From: Ramazzottius varieornatus
Taxonomy: Eukaryota; Animalia; Tardigrada
Length of the DNA: 64,000 nucleotides
NCBI GenBank assembly: GCA_001949185.1
Contig: BDGG01000001.1
Span: forward strand, 9,244,464 to 9,308,463
Reading direction: 5' to 3'
Shown here: piece after piece, positions 42,707-55,120 of the stretch
Position numbering within the stretch: position 1 is the stretch's first letter
How the letters are laid out: every line of letters starts with the position of its first letter
Translations under genes and position numbers: made by a program
Notes under the pieces: model-generated
What the model saw: the letters and a program-made list of their open reading frames with translations, nothing else
What the model was told of the DNA's origin: nothing
Databases searched by the model: none

Positions 42707-45285
42707 TGCCGATAGTTCGAACGATAGCACGATGGAAGTTTAAAACCGAGACGTCTCGGCCAGCAACAAAGTACAGGTGCATAATATGTCCAGTTGTCAA
42801 AGGCCCGATAAACTTTACTCTTCGTCTTATGCCACAGTAAACCAACAATAGAATTGGAAATACTTCTGCGTGATCCGTTGTCCGTCGACATTATGAAGGG
42901 ATCGAACTTGACGACTGCTTCCAGCGGATAATCATGGTTGGTTCTCTGTACAGTATATTCATCACCCAGAAGGTGCAGACGGACCGGTTCTTTGCTGGCT
43001 TATTTAGTGAGCTCGAGCTGTAATGTGCAACAGCCAATGCGTAAGACCACGTAAGACCAATGCGTAAGACCACGTCCGTTGGCAGTCCGCGACAAATTAA
43101 CGCAAGTTCAGCAAGCCACGTTCCCCATACTAAAAGGTTCGGAAACCAAACCTTCTGATTAGCCTTGGTAGTACAATATTCAAAGGAATACACCAATGTT
43201 CTCACGGAGCGGAGTATCGATAAGTCCGAAAGTAGTAAGTACGAGAAAAACACCCAGCACTTCCGCCCAGTCCTTACACAGTTCGGTGCAGGTGGCGCCA
43301 CCGCACTTCCGGTTCCAGACTTGATTCTTTTGAGCGAACGTGCGACTCACTGCTCGGCGTGCCCGCTTCCTCAACTCACTCCATCGAGGATAAAGAGGGT
43401 TATGGCCTGTCCTCCTGCGACAATGACTTTCAGTACGAGAAGATAAAAGTGATCATGATTACCATGAAAGCCTCTTCTGATTGTACTGAAATTTATTCTA
43501 ACTACCGAGATGAGTGTGTGGTGCTGGTGAAAACTGGGGGAAGAAGAAGAAAATTATCTTCACACTATGTACAGTGTGAGTTTATCTGTATGGAGATTCA
43601 GTCGTGCTGAGGCACCATACAGAAAAGCGGGTTTATTTTTAACTGGCCAACTTGAGTTATTCTGGCAGTGTATCTTGCTGAGAGTTGAGAAAAAATGGCC
43701 GATAGCCCGTCATAGCTTACGTACCAACGACAGACGATCACAGTATACAGCTTCCTCTTTTCAAGCGCACACAGACCATCTTGGCCAGGAACACTCTCAG
43801 AGTACTTCGCTTCTTCGCATACCATACAGTTGCTTCCCCAGTTACCGACCGTATTCTACACTCTCCATCCTAATATTATTTCCATTGGTTCTTCTGTGCA
43901 GGGACCCCCATTTGGAATACTCCTTATAGCCTTATTTGACAGGTGAGAACTCGTCTCCAATCTCGGCAACGTCATTTCTGGGTTGTTTTCGGGTGCCAAA
44001 ACGCCGGAGCTTTCGGCTGGTTCCATGCTTCAAGCATAAATTAGTTAGGCCTTTGAGTGCAGATTTTAAAGTGGAAAGTCATAGACACTTGTAGCATAAT
44101 AATAAGTTCTCCCACTTTCTTCCGATCCGAATGATGCGACACAGATACAAGCGAACGGAAAAAATTCGGCAATGAATTGTGCCTTAGCTTCTGTAAGTAC
44201 GATTCCACATCACAACTGTGAAGCAAATATTGGGCTGACAAAAATAGCCTTAGCATGGCAGTCGGCTCAGTATTCTTCTTCAAGACATACAGCAGCGAAG
44301 CAGAATGAGCTAGATGCCAGACTCATGTGCTTATATGGAGCAGCTTAGGCAAGTCAGCTTAAAACTGTATACTGCGATACTTTGGCGCTGGCCCAGGAAG
44401 AAAACCAAGAACCAAGAACTACGTGGTAATGTGCTCGCAAGGGGAAAGAAACGGAGAGAGACTGATGAGCCAGCATGCTTTGCTCGAGGGAATGACATTT
44501 TCGCCCACGTACTACGTCCATCTAACAACTTCCGCGGACTTGACACTCCCTCGCTGAGAAAAGACTTTCAAGTTCCAATAGTCTTTTAGACCCTCTATCC
44601 ATTTAAAGGTTACCCCTTCTCGTTGAACATACCTTCTTCCTTGTTAGAGGTCCATCCGGTGAGTTCCTCTGGGTTCGCACTTATTTTTCTACAAATGACG
44701 CACCTTTTTTCGAGAATTCCCTTAACACTTAAAAGACCAAGGGGGTACCCCGGTTGCCTGGCGCACCCCAAAAGCCTTGCGAAATGACTACTGTTAAAGC
44801 TTTTCGTGTCAAATTTTCACGTTTGCTTTCGGAAACTTGTCGCTTCCAGTTAAAAAAGACGTGAACTGGCTAGCAGCTTTCTGAAAATTTTGAGACACTA
44901 TTTCGTTTTTGGCCAGATTGTATCCTGAGTTGACAGACCAAATTTTTACTCAAGAGCTGACTGACGGAAAGCCCCTAAAAATTGGACACAGAGCCAGTAC
45001 ATTGGTACCGTCTTAGACGCTCCAGTATGTTCCATGCTGTTTGACCAGTGGTCAGAGCAAATTAAAAAGGTCTGGCACTTTGGTTCACTTAATGGCGCAT
45101 TTTACTCGAAAAATGCGAAGCGTACATGGGGTGATTGGCCCGATCTGACCCCACCCCATGATTTCAGCCAGTTGAAAATTGGGGAAGGTGATCTACCCCC
45201 CTTGTACTCCCAGAGCTCGGAATTGCGTGGTCTTCTAAGCGTTAATTCATCTGCCGTACACCGTTATTTTGCAGAATCAATCACA

Positions 45286-46378
45286 ATGTCGGCCGAAGAG
45301 CGTCGAAGGGACCGAGAGTAAGTTGTGGCCCATGTTACAAGCTCCTCCAGTGCATCTAACCAACCTTCTTGCTGCCTTCCTGCAGGGCCCGAAGCCGCAA
45401 AGGCGAGGACTCGGCCGAGGTAAGTCAAACTTTGTGAAAACCTACGAAGGGAGAACAATGTTGACAATTAGGGGTTATTTCGACAGGATGCGGCCTCCAA
45501 GCAAGCCGAAAAGGACCGGAAGAAGGCCGAAGTGCGTCAGCGGTTGGAGGAAGCGGCCAAGGCTAAGAAGGGTGTCAAGAAGGGCTTCTTGAACCCCGAG
45601 CGTAAGCGCAAGCTGCGAGCCTTGCTGATGAAGAAGGCCGCCGAGGACATGAAAGCCGAGCAGGAACGCAAGGGACAGGAACGTCGACGCATCCTGGAAG
45701 AACGTATTGGTAGTGACAAGCACAGCTCGGCTAATGACGAAAACACTCTGGCCGAAGTCTGCAAAGCTTACCATGAAAGGATCCGAGCACTGGAAGAGAG
45801 TCGTTATGACCTGGAAGTCAAAGTCCGCGCCAAAGATTACGAGGTACGCCATGCAAATCAAACCATCCAGTGAAAACATGGACGAAGAGCTCTCGTGAGC
45901 CACTGTGCCGTACTTCCAAAATGGTAATATTTCGACAAGCATATTAGGACGACTCGTATCGTTTTACAGATTAACGAGCTCACCATTCAAGTCAACGATT
46001 TGCGCGGAAAGTTCGTCAAGCCCACATTGAAGAAGGTTTCCAAATACGAATCCAAGTGAGTGAACGGAGCCTGCAATACGACAGATGGATGCTTTCAAAC
46101 TCAGCGAACAACGTCATTGAAATATGAAAATATACCTTGATATGTGTCATTGCAGGATGACCGTAAAGAAGAGCGACGCTGCCGTCGATTTCCGAAGCAC
46201 CCTCAAATCCACCGGCATCAACAAATTCGCCATGGACGATGACACCAAAGTCGTAAGTGACCTCTTCCGCCTGTTTCCCACTATAGGCTTGATCTAAGAC
46301 CAGCGTTTGTTGCAGGACAAGACGAAGCCAGACTGGGCCGCCGGAGCCAAGAAGGGCGACGAGGAAGTCGAAGCATAG
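45286..46378 (+). CDS. TnI: Troponin I (invertebrate type)
   Basis: KKAEVRQRLEE, KKGFLNPERKRKLR, INELTIQVNDLRGKFVKPTLKKVSKYE, DFRSTLK, KPDW. The first two coding exons are 45286-45317 and 45386-45419. Confidence 0.96.
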
Positions 46379-46903
46379 GTGCTCCTCCGCTTGGCCACTT
46401 ACTCCGCACCCATCTTGCGCTATGTGGTGCAATACACGGGACAGACAAACATTTGTTCTTTCTGTCTTTTGCCAATCATTGTCTCTGCTTCGCTCTACTT
46501 CTTGCATATACCAATAACTTTAGGTCAACCTTTTTATCCCCTTCAAGCATTGCAGCTCAAGCTATGTCCTCGTCCATATCTCAGTCTGACAAATATCTGC
46601 CTTCATATCCACCACCGACTAACTCGCCTCAGCTGACACTCGCTATTTTATCTTGAAACATAATCAACTCATCTGGTCCATGTATTCCCTGCTTCCATAC
46701 ATGTGTATGTATACTTGTGACAGCTTCAATCACCGAGGAAAAGCACCCCTCTATAAACTAGACAAAGCTGAATGGGAGAGGCTGTGTGTTTGTGGGGTAA
46801 AAGGGTTTCGATAAAAAGATCAAGAAATGAAGAGGAGGCATCTATAGCTACCGGTTTTGTAGTAAGTTTTTCCTTCCTTCCTTAATTTTGTGGGTTCCCC
46901 GCT

Positions 46904-49888
46904 TCAGTCCACCTTGATGCTTCCATACACTTTCCGGACGAACCAATATGTGGCTAGAGCGACAGCACCAGGTTATTTGATATAAATTCAGAACATAAGT
47001 GACGGATGATGTTAGATTGCTGCACCTAGGAAGCCAATGGTGCCGGTGAGGAGCCAGACCAAAAAGACAATGATGAGGGTATAGCCAAAGTAGATGAAGG
47101 CGGAAGCGAAGCCACCAATGTCCAGCTTGGTCAGGTAGTAGTGGAGGCAGTAAGCCAGCAGGTAGCCGGCTGTCATGCCGCTGGTCATGAAGGAGCGCCA
47201 CCACCAGCGGTAGTCTTCACTGCACAGGTGAAAGTACGACAGCAATACTGCCGTCTCGCTGCACGTCACCAACAGGATCAAGAACACAAGGAAGAGGAAG
47301 CCAAACATGTAGTACGTTTGGTGGGCCCTGCAAAAGCCAGCTATGTCATCAAAGCCTTCTGACGAACAAAAAAGGATTCCATCTCAAACAACATTGCCAG
47401 ACTAACACGACTTCGCAGACGCGGACAATGAGTATCCTTTTTCCTCCTCATAATTTAACTTTTGATCGTACACTAACCATACCAGAGACTGTTGAGGATG
47501 AAATAGAGTTGAATGAAGATGCAGCCAAAGGGGAGGATACCGCCCATCAAGACGCCAGGTAAGGGTCGAGTGTACATGGACTGGTCGGGAATTTGACGTG
47601 GAATCTACGTATAAGATCAAAAGTCTTTATTACAGCTGACCCGTCAGGTTGACAGATTGTCAGGACGAAAGTGATACCTGGTTGACGCGAACAGGGTTTT
47701 CCAAGGGCTGAAAACCAACAAAGAGACGCTTTTGTCAAGGCACTTGCAACTAAATGGCAAATGAAAAGCACTGACACGTCGCTTGAAGCCGAAGTAAGCG
47801 CCAAGGAATGTCAGTGGAACGGAGATGCCGAACCACAGCCCCAGCAGAGCCAACAAGGTAGTGAAGGGAACGGCGGCCGACGAGCCTTCCGCCCACAGGA
47901 CGATGTTCAGCGTGAAGAACAGAGTAAAGACGATGCTGAAACAGAAGTTAAGCCATAGAGGAGACTACACGGCTGATACAAGGCCGCGTCACTTTACCCG
48001 GGGCAGAAGAGAGCCGTCAGGAGGACGTTAGCTTTCCAACGATCACCACCCATCATTTTGTACAGGCGCGAGGAGACGTATCCGGCCGGAGTGCCCAGGC
48101 AGACGTAGACGAACATGGCGCAGGTCATCAGCGCTCCGCGGTTGGCCGGCGACAGGAAGCCAAAGCAGGCAAAGACCAGCGTCACCAGTGTCATAATCAG
48201 CACTTGCGTGCCCGACCCCACAAATACCGACAACAGCATACCTTTGTGGGGAGCGCGGAAAACGTCACCGTGAATCAACTTCCAACCGTACTCTTCTTGG
48301 GCGTCGTCCTATCAAAAACATATGACAGGCTTCTGCTGATTAGTAAATTTCAATGTGGGTCAAGGAAAATCTTACGCTGTTTTCTAGCTGATTATATCGG
48401 GCAATATCTCGTCGCAGTGTTCGGACGAGAATAAGGGCGATCATGCCAGACAAGAAGAGGACAATGACCAGCGAGTTCAAAATGGAGAACCACTGGATTT
48501 TGGACTGTGGCTGCGCGTCCAGAATATAATCCTGCACGACAGACCACTCGTCCCATCACTGGACAACAGTCATGGTACCTGTAGGCCGTCAAATGACAGA
48601 TTTCTCCTTACCCATCGGCTGGACCATCGAACCTCCTTATTCTCTACGAAGCGAACGGAATAGGTGAAGTTCAGGGCAAACTTGTCGCCGGTATCGACAA
48701 TGGCCAACGGTTTAGCCGAGCTTCTGTCGCAGGCATTGCCTAGCTTGGCCGACGCCTGTCAAGAAGAGCTCATCAATAATCGCATAATCGACAAGGCACA
48801 GCTGCCACTTACAGCGTGGTCGACGGTACGTGGCTCGACGTCAACACGAATGATGCGGGCTGAAGCGGCCGTGCCACTCTCGTCAGACTCTGTCGGGTTG
48901 TACATGACCACCAAGTCCACGTGGTTGTAGACGAAGTAGCCTTCCTGCTTCTTGGTCAAGGCCTGTACAAACACCTCCCCTCTTAGATGGCATATCATAC
49001 AAAGTAGGACAAAGCCTTACCTCGGACTGGATAGGGCACGGGTAGCGCGGTGTTCCATCCCGTGAGATGTAGCAGCCCATAGGGAAGCCCGTCGAGCAGT
49101 AGGTCTCGGAGCCTTCGCCATTGATGGTGGGAACTTGGTAGCACCAGGTGATGGGCAGGTTGTCAACGATCCAGTGGTGCTGATAGTTGAGGCTGATGCC
49201 AGACTTGAGCTTCCGCAACTTCTCCTGATCGCCCGCATCCTTCAGGTTGTATTCTTTTCGACAGACGCTGACGCATTCACGAGCCACGCCAAAGTCTAGC
49301 AGATAAGGCGACGGTCGCATGCGGTCGCCAAAGACCACCTGCCCCAGGTTCTCCACAGGCGAACCTTCATATTCGTCGGGAACGATACAAAAGTCAAAGT
49401 AATGGTACTCGTACGGGATAACGGAGTGCTCAGAGTTGAGGCGGTTGACGAAGACGCGCACATTGTTCTGCAAAGGAAGGAAAATCTTATTAATATGATC
49501 GAACTGTCAGTTTGTTACAGTTTGAACCACAAGATACCGTCCAGAGCAAGCTTGATTGATTTCGCTGCCTCAGACTATCGCCCGAAACCTTTAGCTGGCC
49601 GCCAAAGCTTAGAACACAATGTGGTTACAAAAATATTCAACACAACGACAGCTGCCCTAATCCTGATTCTGACTGCAAATCGATACTTCTATCTGTGCAC
49701 ATAAAGGTGGATCACGCGATCACACACCTCGTCTGGGGCCATCTATGCTAACTCACCTGGCACGTTCCCGACTCGGAAGTGGCTTTGTCACAATAGCTGA
49801 CAGGAGACAGGCCAGGTAGGTAGAAGCCGAAGCAGGACGAGAGGAACGAGACGGCGAAAGTAGCCTGCAGCCACGTCGTCTGCGGCAT
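46904..49888 (-). CDS. TM9SF2: Transmembrane 9 superfamily member, TM9SF2-like (nonaspanin/EMP70)
   Basis: Signal peptide then FYLPGLSPVSYC; VNRLNSEHSVIPYEY; ENLGQVVFGDR; YQHHWIVDNLP; IQWFSILNS; GWKLIHGDVFR; GFLSPANRG; EDYRWWWRSF; C-terminal IKVD*. Confidence 0.95.
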
Positions 49889-50998
49889 TCTCAACGTTTC
49901 CTGGCGGGCCTCTGGTCGAAGCACGGGCTTGGGAGTAGTCACCTAGACGAACATGTTTTCCATCAGGTAGCGAACCAAGGTGAAGAAGACAAGTCTTGTC
50001 CACAAAGTAGTTGTAATTTGGATTAATGCAAAGGAACGGAAGCCACGACGACGAAAACGTCGAGAATCAAAATTTTAGATCTGAACCTTTTAATGGACAC
50101 ACTATGCCATACTCATTTGAAAGACAATTCGGCTGTTCGACTTGTCGAAATCTCTTCAAACTCTGCACAACAGTGGACGAGCGGAGGATCAATCGTCATT
50201 CGTTCTAACTTTTTTAATTTGACCCGAACGAACTGCCAAAACGCATCTTCGTCTGGCAGGCCGCCTCATGTTACCGTCAAGGAAACAGAAGCCTGATGTC
50301 ACAAGTCTTCGTCTTGTTAGTCTCGATATATGAGCTGCTAAAGGGGGCCTTGCCGGAACGTCAAAGACACTGATCGAGTGATTGGTTGATTGATAAATAG
50401 GTGGGACCGATATGGTATACGTCATACGTTGGTGATATACAGTACGTAATGTATTGTAATCTACTAGCAAAACTCAAGATGAGCTCTTCATTCAATCAAG
50501 GAATCCGAGCAACAAAAGAAAACCGTCTCCATACACAAGCAACCGATGGGCTGCAAAAAGCGTGAGTGACATAGTTTGAACCGAGTGTCTGTGTGTGGAA
50601 GTCTACACCACGTACACGTTACCAACTGTTCGATAATGGCTGATTAAACGCCGTTTCGACAGCTTGTGGTTTTGGCAGGCCATGTGCAAGTGGAGGCCCC
50701 TTTTAGCAGCTCATCACTGTTCGTCTCACTCGTTAGTCGTTAGTAAGTTACTGTACGATCATCTCTCCTGTTTTCCTTCGGAGTTCCGAATTCGGACCAT
50801 CGTTGATCCTTCTCGTGACTGTCGAAATCCGGCTGCTTGCTCTGGAAGTCGACTGGAACGCCACGGGGCTGCATGTTGGTAAGCGTATCACCGTAACGAG
50901 TCGATGTTTCTATAGGAAATGTGTTGGTTTTTCAGGCGTTTCATCCGATCATCTTTCGCATAATTCCCGGGTCCCTTACCGGCAAGAAGTATCTCGCG

Positions 50999-52608
50999 AT
51001 GAGCTCTGTGATGAATGGACTGGCGGTGCGGGCAATACAGAATATAGTCAAGTCGGTCAGCGCGGTGGCGGAGTTTCTAGGACTTCAAGAACATGGACCA
51101 GCGAATGAGTTCCGGTCGGGCAAGCTGATCGCGACACACAATGGTGTCTTCCATGCCGACGAAGCTCTGGCTTGCTTCCTTCTCGTGCAACTGCCCGAAT
51201 ATCAAGACGCAACTATACTTAGGTAGGTTAGACTGACTTGGTGATGTCGGTTTCCCTGTGTCCATGTAGTGAGTGATTGTTGTTGATCCATTGAAGTACG
51301 TTATCATCGTTGTTATTGTTGTTGGTTAGGAGTCGAACAGCGGAAGTTTACGATAAGTGTGACATTGTGGTGGACGTCGGCGGAACTTACGATGCGTCCA
51401 GACGTCGCTTTGATCACCATCAGCGCTCCTTTTCGGAGACACTAAGTTCGGTGCAGCCTGGAAAGCCATGGACGATCAAGTTAAGTAGCGCCGGACTTGT
51501 GTATTGTCATTTTGGTCGGCAAGTCATCGCACAAATGCTCAGGCTGGACTTGCAATCCGAGGCTGATGCTAAGGTAGTGGAATTGCTATATGACAAGATT
51601 TACGAGAACTTAATCCAAGAGATGGACGCCATCGACAACGGTGTGCCTCAAAGCGACCAGCCACTCAGGTACGCCGAGACTACCTTTGCCGGCAGTACAG
51701 TAGAATCCTGTCGATAAAAGTGTTCTCTCTTAGGTATTCCGTCAGTACTGGCTTGAGTAGTCGCGTAAAGAGACTCAATCCTTGCTGGAACGATTCCGAC
51801 AAATCAACCGATGTACGTATGAGAAATTTCGGACAAAGTCCTTTTGTAGTTTCTACCATCACTGGGGTCGGAGTTGAAAGCAAATAAAAGTTGGATGGAC
51901 GTTTCGGTGTTGTTCTCGATAGAACCTATTCTCGAAAGTTTCGGATCAGTGCATAACAGTGATTTTTCTGTAGGAGAGGTTCAAATCGGCGATGTCCGTG
52001 ACGGGCGCAGAGTTCTCGTCCAAGCTGGCCTTCTATTACGAAGCTTGGCTTCCGGCCCGTCACTTGGTGGAGGCTGCCGTGAGGGGGCGGTTCCAGGTGG
52101 ATGCCAGCGGGGAAATCATCCGGCTAGAGACGGGCGGCTGTCCTTGGCAAGACCACCTATTCCAGCTGGAAGAAGAGAACAACCTCCAACCGCTGATCAA
52201 GTACACACTGTATCAAGACGATAATCGGCAGTGGCGTGTCCAGGCAGTTCCTCTGGCTCGGGACTCCTTCGCTTCACGGTAGGAAATTATAACGTAGTTG
52301 CAACCGGTGAACTTTTTCCGACCTTATGATGAGACGAGCGGTTTCTTACGTTGGCAAAATGTAGAATTCATGGCAGGTTACCTTTACCGGAAGCGTGGCG
52401 TGGCCTCAACAACGAAGTACTCTCCGCCGTCAGCGGCATACCTGACTGTGTCTTCACACATCACTCCGGCTTTATCGGGGGCAACAAAACTTACGACGGC
52501 GTTATGAAAATGGCTTTACTTTCACTGAGTCTTAATCAACAGTCGTCCGCTAACCAAAACAATTCTAACAAGATGCTAGAGCCCACTCAGAAGGTTGTTC
52601 CAGTTTAG
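50999..52608 (+). CDS. MYG1: MYG1 exonuclease (UPF0160)
   Basis: [16 protein letters not shown]; [12 protein letters not shown]...RFDHHQR; [13 protein letters not shown]; EMDAIDNG; WLPAR; WRVQAVP; [10 protein letters not shown]; [15 protein letters not shown]. Confidence 0.96.
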
Positions 52609-52757
52609 TCTAATACTAGCTATCGAAATATGCGTCGTATGTATTCTGGATAAACTTCGCGAAATAGTTGACTTTTTCATAAACGAATTAATATAGAAGT
52701 TCGGAGAAAACGACAATAAAAATAATGGAGCGAGATAACAGACGCATTCTGGAAAAA

Positions 52758-54203
52758 TCACCTCGGGAGAGCGCCGCGTTTCCGCTGCTGGTTTTGTCGT
52801 CCACCATCGTTCTTGGAGTAGGCTGTGAAGTATCGACCAGCTTGACCGCCTTTCTTATAAACCCCACGACGGCTTCTGGGAGCATTCGCGGCGGAAATAA
52901 AGCGCTTAGAGGCTGGGGAAGTTTCACGTTGCGACTCTTCGTTGTCGGACGGTCCTTCGCTCTCCATCTGATCACTTTTCCTCTTGTTACGACTCTGAAA
53001 CTCTCGCTGTATCGTCTCATCCACCGAGAAATTTCTAAGGATGAAAGAAGAGTATCAACGCACTTTCATCTGATGCATGCCCCACTTCTTCGCAATTGCT
53101 TTCCATGAAACTGATAACTCCACAATGTCCACGCATGGCATTTCACAACATAATCATGGGTAACATCGCACTTGACTGGTTAAACAGGGTGTTTCCAGTT
53201 ATATTGCATCGTTTTTGACGTTTCGGGAAAAATTCACTTCGAACCTGGTTTCGCTGCCTCACCGCTCTTCGGATAGAGCGTTCTCTAAACTTGCGACCTT
53301 AAGTGCTTTCCTGCGCTCAACTTTGATTGGTTGATTTCGGAGGGTTCCATACTTTCGCTCATAAGTTTTCAGGAGGCCCCCGATCTCGACGAAACTTTCC
53401 AGTAACGTTCTCAGGAGCCATCCCTGTGTGTGAACAAAATACAGCAACAAAACCATCAGGTACAAAGTTGTCGTGGTGCGTCAAAAATGATTCAGTCAAC
53501 TGGAAACACCCTGTACATGTGTATCATGCCTATAATGTGCACTTGCATACCTGTCATTCTCGAATCTCTGCGTCGATTCCATATTTTCTTCCTCTTCGTA
53601 GATTTCCGCATCTCCCCCAGCCAAACAGCTCTAAAGGAAGAACGCAAAACCAACTATTACTAGGAACGAAATCCACAACAAACTCTTTAAATCGTACTTC
53701 GATTTGTGGGTTGATCCCGTGGAAAGAAAAGCGTCCCAAAACTAGGTCATATAAGCGCGACAAACTGTACTCCTCTTCCACTCGAAACACCCTGCATACC
53801 CCGAAATTGTTAGTAACGAAACGGTGTTTCACCGAGTTGATCAGATGGAAAAAGATGGAGCAGAAGGCACAGAGAGAAATTACCCCGGAAGTTGCTGGCG
53901 AAGCTCCATCTCCCGACGATTGCTCTCAAACAGGGTCAAAGCCTGCCCCGTCGCCGGCAGCCTGGAATGCGCAGATGTGGTTTCCGAGTCATCCCCAGTA
54001 GATCTCTTCATAAACTGTAAAACAGAACACGTTTTACTGACTGAAGAGCTTAAAAGTTAAATCTTATGTATTGCGGGAAAAAAACATGGTTGCACTGGAA
54101 ATAACTCAGATCTTCCGGACAGGGCTCACTATATCCATACCTTCAGATTCATCAAAGTTTTAGAGAACGTAAAATTTCGCTGGGCTGGAAATGTAGCCGT
54201 CAT
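52758..54203 (-). CDS. MPHOSPH6: M-phase phosphoprotein 6 (MPP6), nuclear exosome cofactor
   Basis: Spliced in consistent phase: MTATFPAQRNFTFSKTLMNLK|FMKR...|VFRVEEEYSLSRLYDLVLGRFSFHGINPQIE|SCL...NDR|NFSVDETIQREF...LPR*. Matches the MPP6 motifs LSKNLLRMKFMQR and DLLYGRMSFRGFNPEVE. Confidence 0.85.
53185..53513. mobile_element. Tc1/mariner-type MITE inside the last MPP6 intron
   Basis: Inverted termini CAGGGTGTTTCCAGTT...TTTTTGACG at 53185-53220 and 53479-53513. TA follows the right end; the left flank is AA. Confidence 0.8.
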
Positions 54204-55120
54204 CTTGATAGGATGTCTTAGGGTACAGGAACCACAAGCGAAAAACAGATTCCCGGGAAATTCGTCAAGGCGTCAGGCTGTCGGTCCTGCCTAGCTCTCC
54301 CTATCCTTCCAGCATACCACAGCAAGCTTCTTCGGTATCCTCTATGTGTTGGAGAGCGAGAGACAGATGTATCCAAAGTTGTTCCCGACGAGGGCACTTT
54401 TGCTTTCCAGCCACGAACAGGATCCAGAATCCAGACTCCAGATTCCGCCGCGGACGAGATCCCGAGAAGATTGAAGCTGTTCGAATTAAATGCTCATAAA
54501 TCAATTTCCGTCCGTCAATCAACCGAGAATGGTTGGTTGCGAAATCAAATCCCGAGATCGAAGGGTCCACCCGTGTGTCCCGGGGCAAAAGGGGCTCCGG
54601 CAGCAAACTGGGTTCTGCGTTTTGACCTTACTTTTGGCGGTTACGGGAAATTACTGATCGTTCCGGGCATCATCTCCTTCGAATCTCGATTATCGATTTA
54701 TCGGTACCGTTCCTCAGGTCAGGGAGACGAATGAGTGATGAAGCAGGTACATCTGCCTCCGTATAATGGCTCTTCACCGCCGACACTGACGAACGGAGAA
54801 CTGGCCATGGGAAGATCGGGGAACAACGACGCCGAAGGAAGAAAGGTAGGTTGAATAATTGGGCCTATTATTGGCCATCGATTATCAGAAAATCCCCAGA
54901 GCATATCTACTACGTGATCCACGCTCTCGCTAGCTTCCGTTGGTTGACAGGTAACCTTTGCACCCTCAAGTCAAACTCGATTATGATCTTCATGGACCAT
55001 TAGCCACCACATGAACGATCGAATCCACCACAGACTGTGCTGGAATGTACGCACAAGCTCTCTCGTGTATAACAAAGCTCCATCTGCTTAGTTTCGCGAT
55101 TTTGTTTGCAGGCTCTAGAA

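Noticed and set aside
53259-53465. 68-aa ORF as a true MPP6 exon
   Set aside because: It lies inside the MITE and is out of phase; the flanking exons join correctly without it.
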